A stretch of DNA of 64,000 nt from Trichosphaerium sp. ATCC 40318 (Eukaryota; Protista; Tubulinea), in NCBI GenBank assembly GCA_038496445.1, contig JALMLS010000287.1, positions 124,001-188,000 of the forward strand, given 5' to 3'. A model generated the notes under the pieces. That model had not been told where the DNA came from. It did no database searches and worked only from the letters and a program-made list of their open reading frames with translations. Positions 59,640 through 64,000 of this stretch are shown piece by piece. The stretch's first letter is position 1, and each line of letters starts with the position of its first letter. The position numbers and the translations under genes were made by a program.

Positions 59640-62600
59640 GATGCTATACGCGTAGATGTGACCATTTAAGGTATGATTATGCGTTTAGGGCATGTTTGGC
59701 AGCGTTGTACCCCTTTTTTAAATTATTTTTTGCTTTTCCGAATACATTTCTCACCAGGAGTTTTCGAAGGTTAATTCAGCGTAAAACCGATCTCGTTTAC
59801 CAAGCTTAATCTACCAAAGATCTTTTAATCTGAAATTGTGCACCAATGATTAAAAAACGCCACAATACGCGTAAATGCGATGATTCCCCCAGTTTTGCGA
59901 CTAGGTACACTTTTTATGAAATTGCTGTTATAATGACGACCAATTAGCTTATTAATTGAGCTGCTCAAGAAGTTAAAGGACTTGGCGTCTGTTTTAGCTC
60001 AATTTAGTGCAGTGCCGGGTTCTTTACAAGGTACAAACTTAAAAGAAGTAAAAAAAACTAGTGCAGATGCGTTGAAAGTATACAGAGACTACACCGAGGT
60101 AATCACGGAATTCCCGAGCGATTGTATTGTTTTTTTTATGCCCCTTTTTAGAATGTTCGCCACTATTTTGATCAACATACCATTCTACGCGATAAAACAA
60201 ACAGTCTGGGGGTAGTCCTAACAAGTGTTATTCGTTGCTTCATCATCTCCATCAATGAGCCAAATAACTACGAGATTCTAGATAAAATTGATTTGAAACA
60301 ATTGGTAGTACGTGTAAAGGATATTAATCAGTATTGGTGCGCGTCATTTCCCTTTTATTATTTTTTTTTTTTTTTTTCAATTTTTTATTTTGTTTTTGCT
60401 TGGCTCTATTCTCATCTCATTCGCTCCGTAGGCAAACAGAAATTGCTCCAGAAATACGAGAGGCACGCAGGAAAAAGAGAATGGCAAAAGCGCCTCCTAC
60501 AAAGATCAGAAGATCTTGTAGTGCTGGTGGTACGCTGTTTTTCGAACTTACCGAAAATTTGACACATGTCAATCATTTTTTTTTACCAAACCGTTTAATC
60601 ATTTCCTTTTATAGCCATGCAAAGAATGTATAAATCTTCCGGTCCAGTAATGCTCATATCGCAATCCTCCCCATTTAAAACACGTGATTTTATAGCCGCT
60701 TCTTCGCCCAGTACTTTACGGCCTGTTACCCCTAACCCGCCGTCAACCGCTGTCCCTATTCCACGTATCACACCCCCTAAACCACCCAATACAAAGCCTC
60801 CTAGTGAAACCCCACCAATTGATACGACTCACATCACACGAATCACTTCAATACGTGAGTGTTACTCGGTGTATTTTATTGTTCAAAAAATTTTCAAACT
60901 GAACTAAAATAACGTTTATAGGTTCTCAATCTCACTCAAGTGTATCTTCAAGCGACGATGAGGGATCTATGGATAAACGACCAACTTCACGCAGTTCTTC
61001 ATATGCCTCAACCGCTTTACCACCTTTACCTGCGCGGCCTTCTCGACCTCCTCCTCAATTACCTACACTACCCATACCAGCGTCGCCTGAACAACTTCGA
61101 AACTACGTTAGAGATATGAGAGAAATGTACGTTTACTCTGTATTTAAAGAAGAATTTTTATTTACGTTATAACAAACATCTACTCTGTATTACGCTGAAT
61201 GTAAAGTGAAAACAGTAAAATGTACACTGTTTTTTTTTTTTTTTGACATTTCTAATGCTATTTGCCAAAAGGATAACAAAGAAGGCATTTACATCAGAAG
61301 CACAACGCCGTAAGGCGATTACGCAATTACGCCAAGCCATCAAGAAAATTATTGCGCTCAACAATGAGCAAGTAGTAGCACCACAAGTACCAAAGTTAAA
61401 GCCTCAAGCTGCGGAAAAAGATGACCACACTAGATCTGCACGATCAAAGACACACGTGCGTATTATTTAAAAATATGTTTGTTTTGTGTTGACGCTTTTA
61501 AAGAGCCCACAAAATTCAGCTACAAATTTTCATCAAAGGAAAAAATCATCAAGTTTTTCGTCTGGTCAGAGTGATTCGTTTTCGAGAGCGACTGGCGATA
61601 AAGTACATAGAAGTTTGCATGAACCAGATAAAAATGCTGTGGCAGTGCCTGTTGAGCAACTTACAGCAGAACCTTCTAAAGTAGGACCTAGTAGACGAGC
61701 TCAAATTAAATCAACAGCTTTCAGCAATTTTAAAGATTTATTGGCACAAACAGAACTAGGTCTTGTACAACAGTCTAGCCCTGTTATGAGTCCGGTCGTT
61801 AGTCCTCGAGAAATGCCTACTCCTAGTATTGTAATGAGAGATTTCGGGAAAATAGAGACATTCTTGGACAAAGAGTTTGAAGAAAAGCCATCCCAGAGAA
61901 GGTAAAACTTACTGTTAATCAAGTATTTACTAATTCGAATGGTTCAGGTCTAAAAGATTAACACGTACTCTAAGCGCTGGTAGTAATATGCTAGATAAAA
62001 CATGGGCACCAAGACGTAAATATTTTGGCGCTATAGATGATAATGAAGACTCTATAATGGAGGATTCTATGACAGAAGAAGAAATCAGGCAGCAATCGCT
62101 TTGGATGCCAATTTCTGCAAGTGTTGTAGCAAAGCCAAAGCAAATGTCCACGTATTCACTAGCTGGAAAGTCTCGCGTTACATCTAGTATGAGAGATAAA
62201 AGTGTGATGGAGCTAGTGGGTACCGAAGAAACCTACGTTGAAGGGTTGAAAGTTATTGTTGAGGTAATTTTTTGTTCAGCAGTTTTCTCTTTTCTTACTT
62301 GGTTTGTTTCCTTTAGTTTTTCTTGAAACCACTTAACAAAGAGCTCAAGAATGCCAAAGAATTTGGTGTTGAACCGCTATTACCTCAAGAAGATGTTGCA
62401 AAGATATTCTTTCTCATTGAAGAAATTTTAGCATTGCATGCTCCGTTTTTATCAAAATTAAGAAAATCTGTTGTGAAAGACTCTGTAGGTAAACCTATGC
62501 TTAAACTGGTACGTTATTAGATATATACAAACTTGTATTTGATTGCATGAAGCCATATGCTGAAAGTTATTGATCAGATTAATCTTATTTTTGTTATAGA

Positions 62601-63604
62601 TTCCTAAGCTTAAAAAATACGCCGAGTATGCTCAAAACTACAACGCAGCAGTAAAATGTGTTACAAAAAATCTTGAAGAGAGAACAAGGTTTAGGAATTA
62701 CTATGATAGCATAATGAAACTACCACGTGTCGCAGGTGCGTAGATAAAAAAAAGTTAATGTTGGTCACTTTTTTTTCTTATACAAGTTTAGATATGTCTT
62801 TGGTTTCATTGCTTGTGACACCTATACAACGTATACCTAGATATAAGTTATTACTAGAAAGTATAATAAAACACACAAATACAAATCATCCGGACTACTA
62901 GTACGATAAATAACCTCTTCATGGATGTTAACTTTTTTGCTTCTTTAGTTTGGCTGTCAAAGCAAAAAAAGAAGTTGTGAAAGCTGTGGAATATGTCGAA
63001 ATAACTAAAAAAGAGGCTGAGAATAGCGACATGCTTGTACAGATAAGAAATAAGCTAATACCAAACAAAAAGAAGGTAGCTAGCATTATCTCTTCAAAAG
63101 CCTTTCATGTTTTGTTTTAACTTTTTATTAGAAACCGTTCATCTTGGTTAAGCCTGGACGGACATATCTAAATCAAGGTATTCTAGATGTGTCATGTGGT
63201 AAAGATAGAGGATCTTTACACTGCTTCCTATTTTCAGACTTGCTGTTAACAACAAAAAACAAGAAATCAGGGTTTGTTGTACAAACTACCTTTAATTTAC
63301 ATGGTGCAAAGATGTTAGAAGGAAGCTCTAAACGAGGAGGTACGTTGTATTTGTTTCCTTCCTGTTGCAACAGTCAAAATTTTTGGGTGTAGCTACTAAC
63401 GTACAATCTCATAGATCGTCCGTTATTGCAGATATTTTGCGACAGCAAGTACGTAAAAAACATCATTTTAGATTTGTTTTTACTAACGATTTTGGAAACA
63501 GAGAAATTTTGGTAACGTTTCCAAGCTTGGTTCAACGAGATAAATGGCTTCCGTTCTTCAAGCGCGTAGAAAAGGCTGACATAATCGAAGATGTGCGACA
63601 ATAG
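59640..63604 (+). CDS. Dbl-family RhoGEF (DH-PH) with Pro/Ser-rich N-terminal region; 5' end unresolved
   Basis: RDKSVMELVGTEETYVEGL; IFFLIEEILALH; SLLVTPIQRIPRYKLLLESIIKHT..HPDY; PH CFLFSDLLL..RDKW. Confidence 0.92.
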
Positions 63605-63696
63605 CACTGAAAGCGAAAAAAAAAAACCCCACCCACTGTACTTTAATCAACTACTAAAAAAAAAACCACAAAAAATAAATGTAAAATACAATCCCA

Positions 63697-64000
63697 ATGG
63701 CGTCAATTTTGTTAGTTCCGTATTAAATTCTCTGTGAGAAGAATAGATTAATAGCAGTATTTCGGCTTCCTTGTTGACAGTAGTTTACATTCTAAAGGTA
63801 AATAGGAAGTATTTGAAAAAAATCACTTGTATTTTGTTACAATGTTTGTGGTCGCTGTAAGAATGTAACTATTTGGCTCAATAAAACCTCAGTAACAGAT
63901 GAAAGTGTTGCACTTGCTGGAGTTCATAATATACACCTTGATAACACTTCAGTAACTGATGAAGGTGTTAAAGCACTTGCTGGCGTTCATACTATTTACC
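63697..64000 (+). pseudogene. F-box/LRR relic, truncated by the window end
   Basis: MASILLVPY*IL (F-box-like start with stop), then ~22-aa LRRs TIWLNKTSVTDESVALAGVH / NIHLDNTSVTDEGVKALAGVH / TIY with no in-frame ATG. Confidence 0.65.

Overview
AT-rich, gene-dense eukaryotic DNA with many short spliceosomal introns (mostly about 40-150 nt) and the standard genetic code. The repertoire (C2-arrestin, PX/PH-RasGEF, DH-PH RhoGEF, vault protein, penicillin acylase) suggests a free-living protist, possibly amoebozoan (inference). Housekeeping genes are clear after manual splicing: Rab1, RhoGAP, PP4R3/SMEK, RasGEF, SMYD, UBA1, RRP6, a CX9C protein and a RhoGEF. Interleaved with them is an accessory layer. 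(i) A dispersed, intron-poor family of F-box-like + 24-aa YwqK/MORN-variant repeat genes: three full-length loci (one frameshifted, one with a decaying repeat tail) and three intergenic relics. An F-box/NHL gene and an F-box/LRR relic are also present. Together these suggest a fast-turnover SCF-adaptor repertoire resembling amoebal giant-virus gene families. (ii) A protein with five ~70-80 aa repeats fused to a PD-(D/E)XK-like nuclease, built from symmetric phase-2 exons. (iii) A miniature major-vault-protein gene wedged between two of the F-box/YwqK genes. (iv) Bacterial-type RNA-end enzymes: an RlaP/PF10127-like nucleotidyltransferase with a mitochondrial-like leader, and an EEP fused to an apparently dead poly(A)-polymerase domain. 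No rRNA, tRNA, CRISPR array or intact transposon was recognised. Gene models were spliced by eye, so ends are approximate where stated, and family assignments come from recalled motifs rather than searches.
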